The translations under genes and the position numbers were made by a program. This document shows positions 48,135 to 57,451 of a stretch of 64,000 nt of DNA, in pieces. A model generated the notes under the pieces. The model made no database searches. It worked only from the letters and a program-made list of their open reading frames with translations, and was not told the origin of the DNA. The first letter of the stretch is position 1, and every line of letters starts with the position of its first letter. The DNA comes from an uncultured virus (IMG/VR IMGVR_UViG_3300024239_000354) (Duplodnaviria; Heunggongvirae; Uroviricota; Caudoviricetes), in the IMG/VR virus record IMGVR_UViG_3300024239_000354. The stretch is one strand, 5' to 3'.

Positions 48135-49179
48135 GTGACTTGAACACCTGGGAAGGCTTCATTTCGGAAGGAACATAGCCCTCACGGGGAATGAGCAGGT
48201 CATCGTCCACGTCGTGGCTATATTGGGCGCTCCCGTTGTTCCGTGCATTCATGTACACGAGAACGTAAGCCGGGAGTTCTTCGATGCCGAGCTTGAGGGC
48301 AGCATCGACGCGATGATTACCTTCGCCGTTGTAAGCGTGGCGATCCTTCTTCCCTACGACGATCTTGATGGGTGATTTCAGCCCTTCTTCTTTAATCTTC
48401 CCCACCAATTCGTCATCAGTGTTGTACCGAAGGTCGTTGCCTTTCAGCCGCGCCAGCCATTTGGTCGGAACCATTTCCACCAACCCTTCCAGTTCTGGGT
48501 GGTGGCGCCGCCATGCGTTCCGGCGTTCTTCTGCACGCTTATTGTAAGCGTCAATACGATGCTGGATCAGCGACAGCATCTTGGCGTAGCTGTCCGCGAC
48601 GTTCGCAAACTTCTCGCCATTTACGTACCAATCAATGACTTCCCGATTCATCCGCTTCATTTCGGCGTACATCGCCTTGAACTCATCTGCGGTCACGGTG
48701 TCCGGATCAAAGGTGATTTCCATATCACCCTTGACTTGGTTGTACGTGGCACCCTCGGTAACCGGCTTAATCCCGCAGCCACGAAGGTATTGTAGTACCT
48801 CGCGCTGATGGATGTACGTCTTATAGGTATTTTCGTTGTTACCACGCGGGCTGATCACCCACCGCTTGAACTCCCCAAGCGCACGCACGATCTGGCAACC
48901 GATCCGAATGGCAGTCTTGGTCACCCGCCGATCATCGAAGTAAATCTGGAATTCGTCTGGATTGATTTCATTGATTTCGGTAGCGAGCCACCCAGCTTCG
49001 ACCGCTGCATCACTAGCATCAAGCAAACGTACATCTGGAAAATACTGATGGGCAACATCAGTATGTCCCATGATGTCCGGTACGGGGATAATTTCACCCG
49101 TGGCGGTAACCCACCAGCCATAGGCGTTATGATCCACTTGGTCGATTTGGCGGGATTGTTCGATCTCGAAGATTTTCAT
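48103..49179 (-). CDS. leader-bearing protein: domain B, helical segment, ParB/sulfiredoxin-like domain
   Basis: MKIFEIE; YGWWVTATG..H..GWL; PVTE linker; EGLKSPIKI..EGNHRVDAALKLG. Confidence 0.78.
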   Translation of the reverse strand: MKIFEIEQSRQIDQVDHNAYGWWVTATGEIIPVPDIMGHTDVAHQYFPDVRLLDASDAAVEAGWLATEINEINPDEFQIYFDDRRVTKTAIRIGCQIVRALGEFKRWVISPRGNNENTYKTYIHQREVLQYLRGCGIKPVTEGATYNQVKGDMEITFDPDTVTADEFKAMYAEMKRMNREVIDWYVNGEKFANVADSYAKMLSLIQHRIDAYNKRAEERRNAWRRHHPELEGLVEMVPTKWLARLKGNDLRYNTDDELVGKIKEEGLKSPIKIVVGKKDRHAYNGEGNHRVDAALKLGIEELPAYVLVYMNARNNGSAQYSHDVDDDLLIPREGYVPSEMKPSQVFKSLSRSSGSTPT

Positions 49180-49183
49180 GAAC

Positions 49184-49200
49184 GTATTTAGGCTAAATAC
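49184..49200. promoter_or_regulatory. divergent pair of late-type TAAATA promoters
   Basis: GTATTTAG-G-CTAAATAC inverted repeat; each hexamer lies 5 nt from an ATG. Confidence 0.7.
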
Positions 49201-49204
49201 GCGC

Positions 49205-49978
49205 ATGAAAATACGCGACATCTTGGGCGAAGACGTATGGCACGGATCGCCCCATCGGCATCAGCAATTCAAGCTCGACAACGTTGGTACTGGCGAAGGG
49301 AACATCGCCTATGGTTGGGGACTATACTTCGCGGGTGCCCGTGAAGTCGCGGAATATTATCGCAATGGGCTGTCCCCAGGCGAATGGGTAATCCACGGCA
49401 AGCGCGTGCGCCCGAAGAATAATGCCGAAGGTTGGTTACTGAACCACATGACCACGATGATGCGGGACAAGGGGCATGCGGGGGATGTTGTTGAAGAAGT
49501 AAGCCAGGAAATCGATACCGTGTCCTTCCTAGCCCCAAAGCAAAAACAAGTGGCCAAAACCGCGTTAGCCGCGTGGATCGAAGCTGGCATCGAATGGAAA
49601 TCGCATGGGCATGTCTACCACGCTCAAATCCCGGATGAAGGCTCATACCTTCTGTGGGACGAACCCTACAAGAACCAGCCACGGGCGGTGAAGAGTGCTT
49701 TGCGGAAGTTGACTGACAAATATAAACCCCATATGTCCCAGGTCATCAAAGACAACGATACCGGGGAAGTCATTTACCGTCACATGGGGAATTATAACCG
49801 CAATGTCGCTCGCATATTCGATGAGCAACAGATCAATCGTAAAAGCTCAATGGATTTGGCAAGCGTGGGGATTGCTGGCATCAAGTACCTTGATGGTATG
49901 AGTCGGTATGCCGGGACGGGGACTTACAACTATGTTGTTTTTGATGAGAACGCCGTTCAAATTAAGAACGTAGAGTAA
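49205..49978 (+). CDS. leader-bearing polyvalent-type ART-like protein
   Basis: MKIRDILGE|DVWHGSPH..GEGNIAYGWGLYFA..GIKYLD..NYVVFD; paralog of the C-terminal domain of 24312..25505. Confidence 0.8.
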   Translation: MKIRDILGEDVWHGSPHRHQQFKLDNVGTGEGNIAYGWGLYFAGAREVAEYYRNGLSPGEWVIHGKRVRPKNNAEGWLLNHMTTMMRDKGHAGDVVEEVSQEIDTVSFLAPKQKQVAKTALAAWIEAGIEWKSHGHVYHAQIPDEGSYLLWDEPYKNQPRAVKSALRKLTDKYKPHMSQVIKDNDTGEVIYRHMGNYNRNVARIFDEQQINRKSSMDLASVGIAGIKYLDGMSRYAGTGTYNYVVFDENAVQIKNVE

Positions 49979-50444
49979 TTCGTCCTATCAACTCCAAATA
50001 TGTGGGATTGAAAAAGCCGAACTCGGGAATGCCGTCCCCAAGCGTGGAATCGGTCACAACACCATCGAACCCCTGCTCGATTAATACCTCTTGTATGTGC
50101 CATCCACGTTCCAAATAGGCAGCCACGACGCCATCGGGGTCTTTCAGTACATCCAATCCGAATACCGTCCACAGGTTCCCGTGACGGTACCCTCGAAGGT
50201 CCGCGAGGGTGCATTCGGGGTAATGGTACATCAGCACCTCGGCACGCCCGCCGCCGAATTTGGCAAATGATCTGGCATACCGAGCAGCAACCATTGACGA
50301 CGGGGATAGCCAGGGAACGACCAGTCCGGACCCTTTTTTGGATATGCTGGGACCGATACCCGTTTGAACCACGGCGTCACCGTTATTGGTGCCATGAAAA
50401 AGGTTTCTAGGCGGCGTTTCGGTGAAGCGTGGGGCGGTTTTCAT
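49962..50444 (-). CDS. ART-like protein without leader
   Basis: LFHGT, WLSPS..AARYA, GFDGV, FFNP. Confidence 0.55.
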   Translation of the reverse strand: MKTAPRFTETPPRNLFHGTNNGDAVVQTGIGPSISKKGSGLVVPWLSPSSMVAARYARSFAKFGGGRAEVLMYHYPECTLADLRGYRHGNLWTVFGLDVLKDPDGVVAAYLERGWHIQEVLIEQGFDGVVTDSTLGDGIPEFGFFNPTYLELIGRITLRS

Positions 50445-50474
50445 TACACAAAGATAATCGGTCGCCTTGAAAAA

Positions 50475-50500
50475 GAAAAGGCGCCCTAGGGCGCCTTTTC
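50475..50500 (-). terminator. intrinsic terminator
   Basis: GAAAAGGCGCCCTAGGGCGCCTTTTC palindrome. Confidence 0.8.
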
Positions 50501-50517
50501 CGATGAAGGGAAGTGGG

Positions 50518-51564
50518 TTACTTCCGCTTGGCGTCGTACCGCGCCCAGTTGAGGGCGGTGTTGCCGTTCACATCATCCACGTCCTGCCAGGACGGGTGGG
50601 TGCCCAGAGCCTCACGCATTTCCGGAACCCACTTCTCGAAGCAGCCCCGCAGGGTGGCAAGCGCCTGCTGCTTGGACGCCGACTTGTAGTCGCGGACGAA
50701 AAGCTGGTTCTTCACGCTGATCGCCCACGTGCCCTGTGCATTCAGGTTCGGGTAGACCAACTGGCTCGCGAAGTAGGGGCTGCCCAGCTTCTTGACGAAC
50801 CCCTCGTCCTTCATCGGCGCGCTGACCAGCACGAATTCGCTGGCGGTCAGCTTACCGAAGGACTTGCTGGGGTCTTTCTTGTCCTCGGCACCCTCCGTGA
50901 TCCACGGCAGAGGCATGCCACCCATCGCCATGATCGCGGCGACCTTACCCGCCTTCAGGTCCGCCATTGCTTCAGTGATCGACTTGTATTCGTTCACGAT
51001 CATGCCCATGGCGGCGCGGTCGTCGGTGTTGTACGCGGTGACGTAGCCGCTACCCACGGCGGCGACCGGCAGACCCTTGAGGTCCATCAGCGTGCGGATG
51101 GATTTCTTGCTCTCGACGGTATCGGTGATCGTCTCGCCCTTCTCGTAGAACTTCGCCGGGCGCGTGACTTCGGTCTTGTAGGCGAAATCCTTCACCAGCG
51201 CCACGATGTGCAGATGGTTGGTGTGCAGGGTCGCCAGCGACTTCAGCGCGGCGATCTTGGGATTGGTCGTGCCCAGCAGTTGCACCACGTCGTCCTGGGC
51301 GATGCCGCCGTCCACGAGGTTCGCCAGGATGTTGTTGATGTTGTCCATGCCGCCGCTAGTCTGGACTTCCTTCGATTGCGGCACCGCGACGTTGGCGCAG
51401 GTATTGTCGTTGCGCTTCTTCACGAAGTCCTGATAATCCGCGAACATCTTGGAGTAGACGAACGCCTCGGGACCGGTGCCGATCTTGAGCGACGCTTCCT
51501 GGGCACTGGCGACAGTCGCCATCATCACACCGACCAGGGCGGCGAGAGCAAACTTGATATTCAT
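50518..51564 (-). CDS. TAXI-type/PBP2 periplasmic solute-binding protein
   Basis: Signal peptide ending ASA; IGTG..YS, TSGGMDNI, GIAQDD, LHIVA, DLKG. Confidence 0.7.
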   Translation of the reverse strand: MNIKFALAALVGVMMATVASAQEASLKIGTGPEAFVYSKMFADYQDFVKKRNDNTCANVAVPQSKEVQTSGGMDNINNILANLVDGGIAQDDVVQLLGTTNPKIAALKSLATLHTNHLHIVALVKDFAYKTEVTRPAKFYEKGETITDTVESKKSIRTLMDLKGLPVAAVGSGYVTAYNTDDRAAMGMIVNEYKSITEAMADLKAGKVAAIMAMGGMPLPWITEGAEDKKDPSKSFGKLTASEFVLVSAPMKDEGFVKKLGSPYFASQLVYPNLNAQGTWAISVKNQLFVRDYKSASKQQALATLRGCFEKWVPEMREALGTHPSWQDVDDVNGNTALNWARYDAKRK

Positions 51565-51577
51565 TTGGAAGTTTCCC

Positions 51578-51772
51578 TTAACCACAGTTGAATTTGCAAG
51601 CGGGCTTGACGGGAGCCGCACCCGGAGCGGGCTGGATCACGACGGGGGCTTTCTTGGAGCCACCCAGGTCCAGCACAATGAACCCACCGGCAACCAGGGC
51701 ACCGATCACACAGATCACCGCCACGATAGTGCCGAACTTTTGCCACCGCGCACGTGGATCGAAATCAGTCAT
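51578..51772 (-). CDS. small membrane protein
   Basis: Single TM helix; GGAGG RBS; C-terminal CKFNC. Confidence 0.7.
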   Translation of the reverse strand: MTDFDPRARWQKFGTIVAVICVIGALVAGGFIVLDLGGSKKAPVVIQPAPGAAPVKPACKFNCG

Positions 51773-52548
51773 TACTTCCTCCCCACGGTTTCATGGTGAG
51801 CCACCGAAGCTGGCGGCATAACGGTGCTGGGCTGGTAAGCGATTGCCGAGGTATCCACCACCACCATACCTTCGCGACGAGCCTTGAGACGATTGCTCAG
51901 AGCCGCGACATTCGCCCGGCTACGCACCGCGTTCTCACGCACCGCGTTCAGTGCCTCATCAGCAAGGATGCCTTGCCGCTCAGTAGTGACCGACCGACCG
52001 ATCTGACGACCCAGCGCATTGTTAAAGCTGGTGGTCGCACGATACTCGCTCTTGGCACGCTTGATTTCGTGGTTGAATGCCTTCAAGTTGTCATGGGCTT
52101 CCACAATACTGGCGCGCGTTTCGGTCGCGAGTTCCTGCATGACGGCGAGCGTGGCATCCATATTGGCGAGCGTGTCGGTGTCTTCCGGGAAATCGCGCTT
52201 GTGTTCGCGATAATGCTCGGCGGATACGGCGACATCGCCCAAGAACGCTTGTTCGTCACGTTCCAACGCGGCGATTTCGTTCTTGATTTCCGCAGCCATG
52301 GTTTCCAGAGTTTCGATGGGCTTCCGACGCGCTTCGTCCTTCTGCCACACGAGAACCTGATTATCGAAACGCATCACCAGATACGGCATCAACTTTCCGA
52401 TAAGAGCGGCAATGGGACCAGCGGCAATCAAGCCGTAAATGCCCAATACCGTCCAGCCCACGCCAAACAGCGAGGCACAGAGCAGGATGATCCCCGCCAT
52501 GCCCACCATTTGGTAGGGCGTGAGTTTCGTACTTCCGTTCACATCCAC
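51772..52548 (-). CDS. membrane-anchored coiled-coil protein
   Basis: Two N-terminal TM segments and a long heptad region. Confidence 0.75.
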   Translation of the reverse strand: MDVNGSTKLTPYQMVGMAGIILLCASLFGVGWTVLGIYGLIAAGPIAALIGKLMPYLVMRFDNQVLVWQKDEARRKPIETLETMAAEIKNEIAALERDEQAFLGDVAVSAEHYREHKRDFPEDTDTLANMDATLAVMQELATETRASIVEAHDNLKAFNHEIKRAKSEYRATTSFNNALGRQIGRSVTTERQGILADEALNAVRENAVRSRANVAALSNRLKARREGMVVVDTSAIAYQPSTVMPPASVAHHETVGRK

Positions 52549-52645
52549 CTCCCTGTTTCATCCCCGTATCAAAACGTGGGCGTTTGGGTGTCAGTAGTAA
52601 TAACCGGTGGAAATGGATGTGTCAATAGGGTTGTAAAGGGGTAAA

Positions 52646-53668
52646 TTACTTTTCTGGGAAAGGTAAACTGCGCAAGAATGAAAAGTCATTCTGATATTCG
52701 GCCAAAGTTGCTTCCGCAACAACACTTGAACTGGAAGAAACACCAAGGTATTGGAGGCAGGCGGGTTCCGCTACGAATTCCATCGGTGCAACTTCGGTCG
52801 CATTCCCCAGAATGTCGTTTGCGTCGTTAGCTCTCCGTTCCTTAGTTTTTGACCAAGTAAGATGATAAGTCCCACCGTCCGGACGACGTGTCGAACCATT
52901 GACTTCTACGATCAATGCTTCAAGTGACCCATCATCAACGTATCCGACTACACACAACGTGGCAGAAGGCGGTACATCTTGTTCAGATACACCAAATTCA
53001 TGGGTCACATGGTGGGCGACCAAATTGTATTTGGGTTGAAACACCTTCATTAACTTACGGCGATTGGCACGGTCAAGAAGGTAACAGCTATAGTATGTAC
53101 CGGTATGTTCCATGATCTTAGAGCTATTAGGGTCAAAGGTCTTAGCATATACACTTTTTACCTGCCATGGGTCAAATGGAACCCAGCTATCAGCGTCTCC
53201 CTCAACCGCGTTCCGATACACCAAGCCGTCATATCCCAACTGTTTAAGGTGACTGAACAGGCGCCGTTTGGCGATACCCGGCGAACCCGTATCGCAAATT
53301 GCAAGATGATCTTCGGTGGTAATACCCCTGGCTTCCAAAACAGCACGGGAGAGGTCAAAACCATCATCCAACCCACGATCATCGACAATTCGAAGTGGGT
53401 TCTGGATCGACAAGAATACCGGCATAATCGCCCCATCATGGGACCACCATACGCCACGCTCCCCAGATTTCAAAGTATTGGTGATGCGCTGGTTTGCAGC
53501 GTCGTGATCACCGAAGTGTGAGCCGGAATAGAACTCATCAAAATCTCGGAACGTCCCGTGATAGACCACAAGCGGTTTACCCTGTGTGTCTACCACCTTG
53601 CTTTGACGAAACCATGCCGCGAAATTGTTTTGTTCGATCAGACTGATCCAGTGGCGAATGTCGGTCAT
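52646..53668 (-). CDS. leader-bearing ART-like plus 2H phosphoesterase protein
   Basis: MTDIRHWISLIE; FAAWF..SKVVD..GKPLVVYHGT..GYDG; HVT and HLT motifs. Confidence 0.78.
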   Translation of the reverse strand: MTDIRHWISLIEQNNFAAWFRQSKVVDTQGKPLVVYHGTFRDFDEFYSGSHFGDHDAANQRITNTLKSGERGVWWSHDGAIMPVFLSIQNPLRIVDDRGLDDGFDLSRAVLEARGITTEDHLAICDTGSPGIAKRRLFSHLKQLGYDGLVYRNAVEGDADSWVPFDPWQVKSVYAKTFDPNSSKIMEHTGTYYSCYLLDRANRRKLMKVFQPKYNLVAHHVTHEFGVSEQDVPPSATLCVVGYVDDGSLEALIVEVNGSTRRPDGGTYHLTWSKTKERRANDANDILGNATEVAPMEFVAEPACLQYLGVSSSSSVVAEATLAEYQNDFSFLRSLPFPEK

Positions 53669-55374
53669 GTTGTTTTTCTCGGGAGAATGCCGCGATCAAC
53701 GAACGCATAGAGGGCTTCAAGGTCCATGCGCCACCAATCACCGTCGTAAATTTCTAACATTGCATCTTTAACTTGTGGGTATAACTTCAACGCATCCTTT
53801 GCTGCTATTCGCAGGCTTTTGGTGTCCATGGCTTCGGCGTGCAAATCCCAGTTCATTTGGACACGGATGCGGACCCAACCGGCTTTGAACATCGCTTTTT
53901 TGCGAGCATCATAGGACTCAGGGTCGATGCGCACACCAGGGTATAAATCCTTCCGACGCGCAAGGTGGTTCACATGTTCACCATCATCGTCCACGAAAAC
54001 ACGGCGTCCAGTGGGGACATGATACCACCATGCGTGATCGTCGCTCAAATGCGGATCGAAGTGGTCATTTGGACCAAGCGCCAACCCTTCAGATAGGTGT
54101 CCCTCTAAAATCCGCTTTATTTCCAGATGAAGTTTATAAAGGCGTTTGATCAAAGATTTACGACGGTTATCATTAAGCCAACGAATAAATCCACGCAAAG
54201 CTTGACGATTTGGACGAAGAATAGTTTTAACCGTTTCTCGGAAATCGGTGCTAACTCCGTAGAGTTCGGCGTAGTCCTTGATCATATCTGGTTCAGCGGT
54301 AGCACGTCGGATGAATGACAGTAACCCACCAACAAGATCATGATAATATGCATTGAATTCTGCGGGGTCATTGTAATACTCAGAACCACTGTCATGGGTT
54401 TCACGGTTTGGACTTCTATTACCACGCGACCGCACTTTATCAAAATAATGCAAGAACTCGTGAGAAAGCACTTCAAGAGCTTCCACCGAACCAACTTTTT
54501 TCTTAACCATGCTTTTGTCAGCATAAGAATCAATTGTGTGATTTGGTGGGAGGCAATTTAGGATTATTCCCATCGAATATCCTTTGTGCGGTGGATCAAA
54601 CACCGCAACCATCCCATGCATACCAATTGCATTTGTATTTACCGTTCCTACCATAACGACAAGATCATCAATACCGAGATCGGCAGTCAGCCCAATCTTG
54701 TCTGGGTAAAATACAAGATATTCCCCAAACTCATCAAACACCCAATGGGCATCAGCAAGTCCATCACGGTTCCACACGTATTGCGTGGTTAATTGAGCAG
54801 CCTTTTTGGCAATCGCATCTACGTTTACATCATCCGCAACAGTTTCAGTAATGGGCGCATTTCCGGTTGCGACCAAAATGTACCGACCATTACTGTAGAT
54901 GCGCGTGGCATCCGGGTCGAATTTATCGTAGGTGAGATCATATGGGATCAATTTAATGCCGGGGTCGCGCCCCAGCGATGCCCAGAGTTTCTTGGCATGG
55001 GTCTGGTGGGATGTATCACTGACCAGTGCAATCCCAAGTTCCTTAATCATGAACAGGTACAGTGCTTTACCAATTCCGGTGTTTCGTAGTTTGCGAGCAA
55101 CAACAACCCGCTTGATTTGCCATGCATTTTCACCGCAATCCGGATACCGGCGCATATCGACAAGTGCAACTGCCTTACCATCCTCCCCGACCAAATACAG
55201 ATCAGCACAACTGGTAATGTCATCGTGGGCGAACCAGATCGCATCATATCCCTGAACCTTGCCCTTCTGAACAGCAGAAATGCCGGGCAGTGCCCGGCGC
55301 TTCTTCATGTCGGTATTAGGATCGATGGTCGTAAAGTTGCGGGCTTTACTATCCCAAATCTCGTTCGTCTTCAT
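53665..55374 (-). CDS. leader-bearing three-domain protein (GNAT, HExxH metallopeptidase, domain B)
   Basis: MKTNEI; VVVARKLRNTGIGKALY; SHEFLH..YYNDPAEFNAY; AWWY..H..GWVRI; TAAATA at 55381-55386. Confidence 0.8.
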   Translation of the reverse strand: MKTNEIWDSKARNFTTIDPNTDMKKRRALPGISAVQKGKVQGYDAIWFAHDDITSCADLYLVGEDGKAVALVDMRRYPDCGENAWQIKRVVVARKLRNTGIGKALYLFMIKELGIALVSDTSHQTHAKKLWASLGRDPGIKLIPYDLTYDKFDPDATRIYSNGRYILVATGNAPITETVADDVNVDAIAKKAAQLTTQYVWNRDGLADAHWVFDEFGEYLVFYPDKIGLTADLGIDDLVVMVGTVNTNAIGMHGMVAVFDPPHKGYSMGIILNCLPPNHTIDSYADKSMVKKKVGSVEALEVLSHEFLHYFDKVRSRGNRSPNRETHDSGSEYYNDPAEFNAYYHDLVGGLLSFIRRATAEPDMIKDYAELYGVSTDFRETVKTILRPNRQALRGFIRWLNDNRRKSLIKRLYKLHLEIKRILEGHLSEGLALGPNDHFDPHLSDDHAWWYHVPTGRRVFVDDDGEHVNHLARRKDLYPGVRIDPESYDARKKAMFKAGWVRIRVQMNWDLHAEAMDTKSLRIAAKDALKLYPQVKDAMLEIYDGDWWRMDLEALYAFVDRGILPRKTT

Positions 55375-55415
55375 AGACCATATTTAGGTCAATAGAAGAT
55401 GTCGTGGTTCCTCCC

Positions 55416-55724
55416 TCAGGCGAATTGGAAGAAGTAGTGCTTGCTGAACGCCGCGCCGACGATGACGTTGGCGTCCAGCTTGCCCGCTTCCATCAGCATC
55501 TTATGGATTTCCGCACCGGTCAGGGTGACCACCTGGGTGACCGACTTGCCTTCGGCGGCAACGACGGCGGTGAATGCGCGCTTGGAGAACTCCACGTCCA
55601 CCCAGCGCGGGGACTTGTCCAGATCGAAGCCCAGGTCTTCTTGCCACGCCAGGGTGGCGCCTTCCGGAGCCAGCTTGTCCGCCAGGGTGTTCATGACGCC
55701 GAGTTGAATGAGGTGACCGGACAT
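55416..55724 (-). CDS. hypothetical protein
   Basis: GGAG RBS; TTGACA upstream on the minus strand. Confidence 0.7.
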   Translation of the reverse strand: MSGHLIQLGVMNTLADKLAPEGATLAWQEDLGFDLDKSPRWVDVEFSKRAFTAVVAAEGKSVTQVVTLTGAEIHKMLMEAGKLDANVIVGAAFSKHYFFQFA

Positions 55725-55823
55725 GGCAGTGTCTCCCGCGTTGATGAGAAGATATTACCGCAAAACACATCCCATGTCAATACGGCCAAGAAATAAATAT
55801 CTAGTATTTCTACGAGGTGTTTT

Positions 55824-56567
55824 ATGGATAAGCTAATTGAAAAAATGAAAGTGGTGCTGGCGTCAGCATCTACTCTCTACCTCAAATCTCAATTCTGTCA
55901 CTGGAACGTTACCGGTCCCAATTTCCCACAATTGCACGACCTGTTCGGGAAGCAATATGACGAAATCTGGAATTCCCTTGATGCCACCGCTGAAGCTATC
56001 CGCACTCTGAAATCCTTTGCACCGGGATCATACGCCCGACTGACAAAGCTCTCTCGCATCAAAAGCGTTTCCACAGTTCCGGAATCGAAAGCTATGGTGA
56101 GCATACTCACCCAGGATCACGAAACCCTGATTGAGCTTCTGAAGGATGCCCTCAAGGAAGCCGAGAAGGTCAACAACCAGGGGATCATGAACCATCTAGG
56201 GGACCGCATCGAAGCTCACGAGAAGCATGCGTGGATGTTGCGCTCGACCGCGACCACCGACATCGACATGAGCGAAGACCTTCAAGTGGTCCTGAAGAAC
56301 GCAGGTATTCTCAAGGAATACGGCAGCCAGATGGATCGGCTGGCGCGTATTGCCCATGACCAACTACATGGGCGTACCATGGATGGTCATCGCATCCCCG
56401 GTTGGGGCATGGATGGCACGCCAAATGAAGCAAAACCGATGCCTTCACTACCTTCCGTAATCACGGATAGTAATGGCGGGGTTACAATTACTGCACAGGG
56501 GAAGAGCATCACCATACCCGCCGAGCATGTGAACATGATCATCAAGGCGTTGACAGATGCGGCTTAA
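55824..56567 (+). CDS. dps: Dps (ferritin-like) protein with C-terminal extension
   Basis: HWNVTGPNFPQLHDLF, LDATAEAIR, EKHAWML; about 100 extra C-terminal residues; TAAATA at 55794-55799. Confidence 0.85.
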   Translation: MDKLIEKMKVVLASASTLYLKSQFCHWNVTGPNFPQLHDLFGKQYDEIWNSLDATAEAIRTLKSFAPGSYARLTKLSRIKSVSTVPESKAMVSILTQDHETLIELLKDALKEAEKVNNQGIMNHLGDRIEAHEKHAWMLRSTATTDIDMSEDLQVVLKNAGILKEYGSQMDRLARIAHDQLHGRTMDGHRIPGWGMDGTPNEAKPMPSLPSVITDSNGGVTITAQGKSITIPAEHVNMIIKALTDAA

Positions 56568-56725
56568 ACCACGTCCTGTCCTCGACATCACAGACGGTAT
56601 CGGTAGCAACTCGGTTGAAGATCGCACCGCTGCCGACGTGATGCGCCGGATGGGTTGTGATGAGGAAGAAATTCAATGGGCGTTCGGGTATATCCCCGCA
56701 TCGTTTCAAAATGGATGTACTACGC

Positions 56726-57451
56726 ATGAAAATTAACGAAATCATAGTCGAACGACGCCAAGTGCTTGACCCAGAACGTTCGTTGATCGTTTGGGAAAAC
56801 CCATCGTATTCCGAGTTGCGCGATCTAATAAACCAATTCGGAGAATTGCGCGGCGGTGCCGATGCAAATGGTCCACTCGTGGTATGGGATGCCGCGTCCT
56901 GGGTTCATTCGACGGTCGGCCAATATTATCATTATGGCTATCCGTTTGAGTTCTACTACTATTTCTCAAAGACACCAACCGTGCAAGCAGAGGAATGGGC
57001 ATCGTATATGCGCAAGGTGGGTGATGTGTTTGTTGGGGTAAAAAATCCCGATGAAAAAGGACGCAACAAACCAAAGCCTGCCCTTGAGCATCCCCGCGTG
57101 ATTGCTGCGCTACGCCGATCTCGCCCAGTTGTTGAGACAACAACCCATACAGCCATAATTTATCGTGCGATGAATCAAGAAGAAGCGGATCGAACTTTGT
57201 TGTTACAACAACCTTCATTTAAAAAACGTTTTAAATTCTTCAGTACGGATTATAGATTTATAGAAAATCGAGTACGCGATGGGAAATTCGCACATTCGCA
57301 ATATAAAGATGAACCATACCGGCATATTTTACAATTTGAAATATTGTCGGGGTTCGATCAATTTGTCCATTTGAACAGTAAAGAGTTGATGTTGGATGTT
57401 CGTAAGACACCATTAATAAACTTTGGTAATATTTCTAAGATCAACGCTTAA
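56726..57451 (+). CDS. leader-bearing protein: domain A plus possible ART-like domain
   Basis: MKINEIIVE; ENPS..ELRG..VWDA..H; PVVE linker; IYRAM..FFST. Confidence 0.72.
   Translation: MKINEIIVERRQVLDPERSLIVWENPSYSELRDLINQFGELRGGADANGPLVVWDAASWVHSTVGQYYHYGYPFEFYYYFSKTPTVQAEEWASYMRKVGDVFVGVKNPDEKGRNKPKPALEHPRVIAALRRSRPVVETTTHTAIIYRAMNQEEADRTLLLQQPSFKKRFKFFSTDYRFIENRVRDGKFAHSQYKDEPYRHILQFEILSGFDQFVHLNSKELMLDVRKTPLINFGNISKINA

Noticed and set aside
50467..52644. Long plus-strand ORFs 50467..51591 and 51754..52644
   Set aside because: Antisense shadows of GC-rich minus-strand genes with signal peptide, TM segments and RBS.
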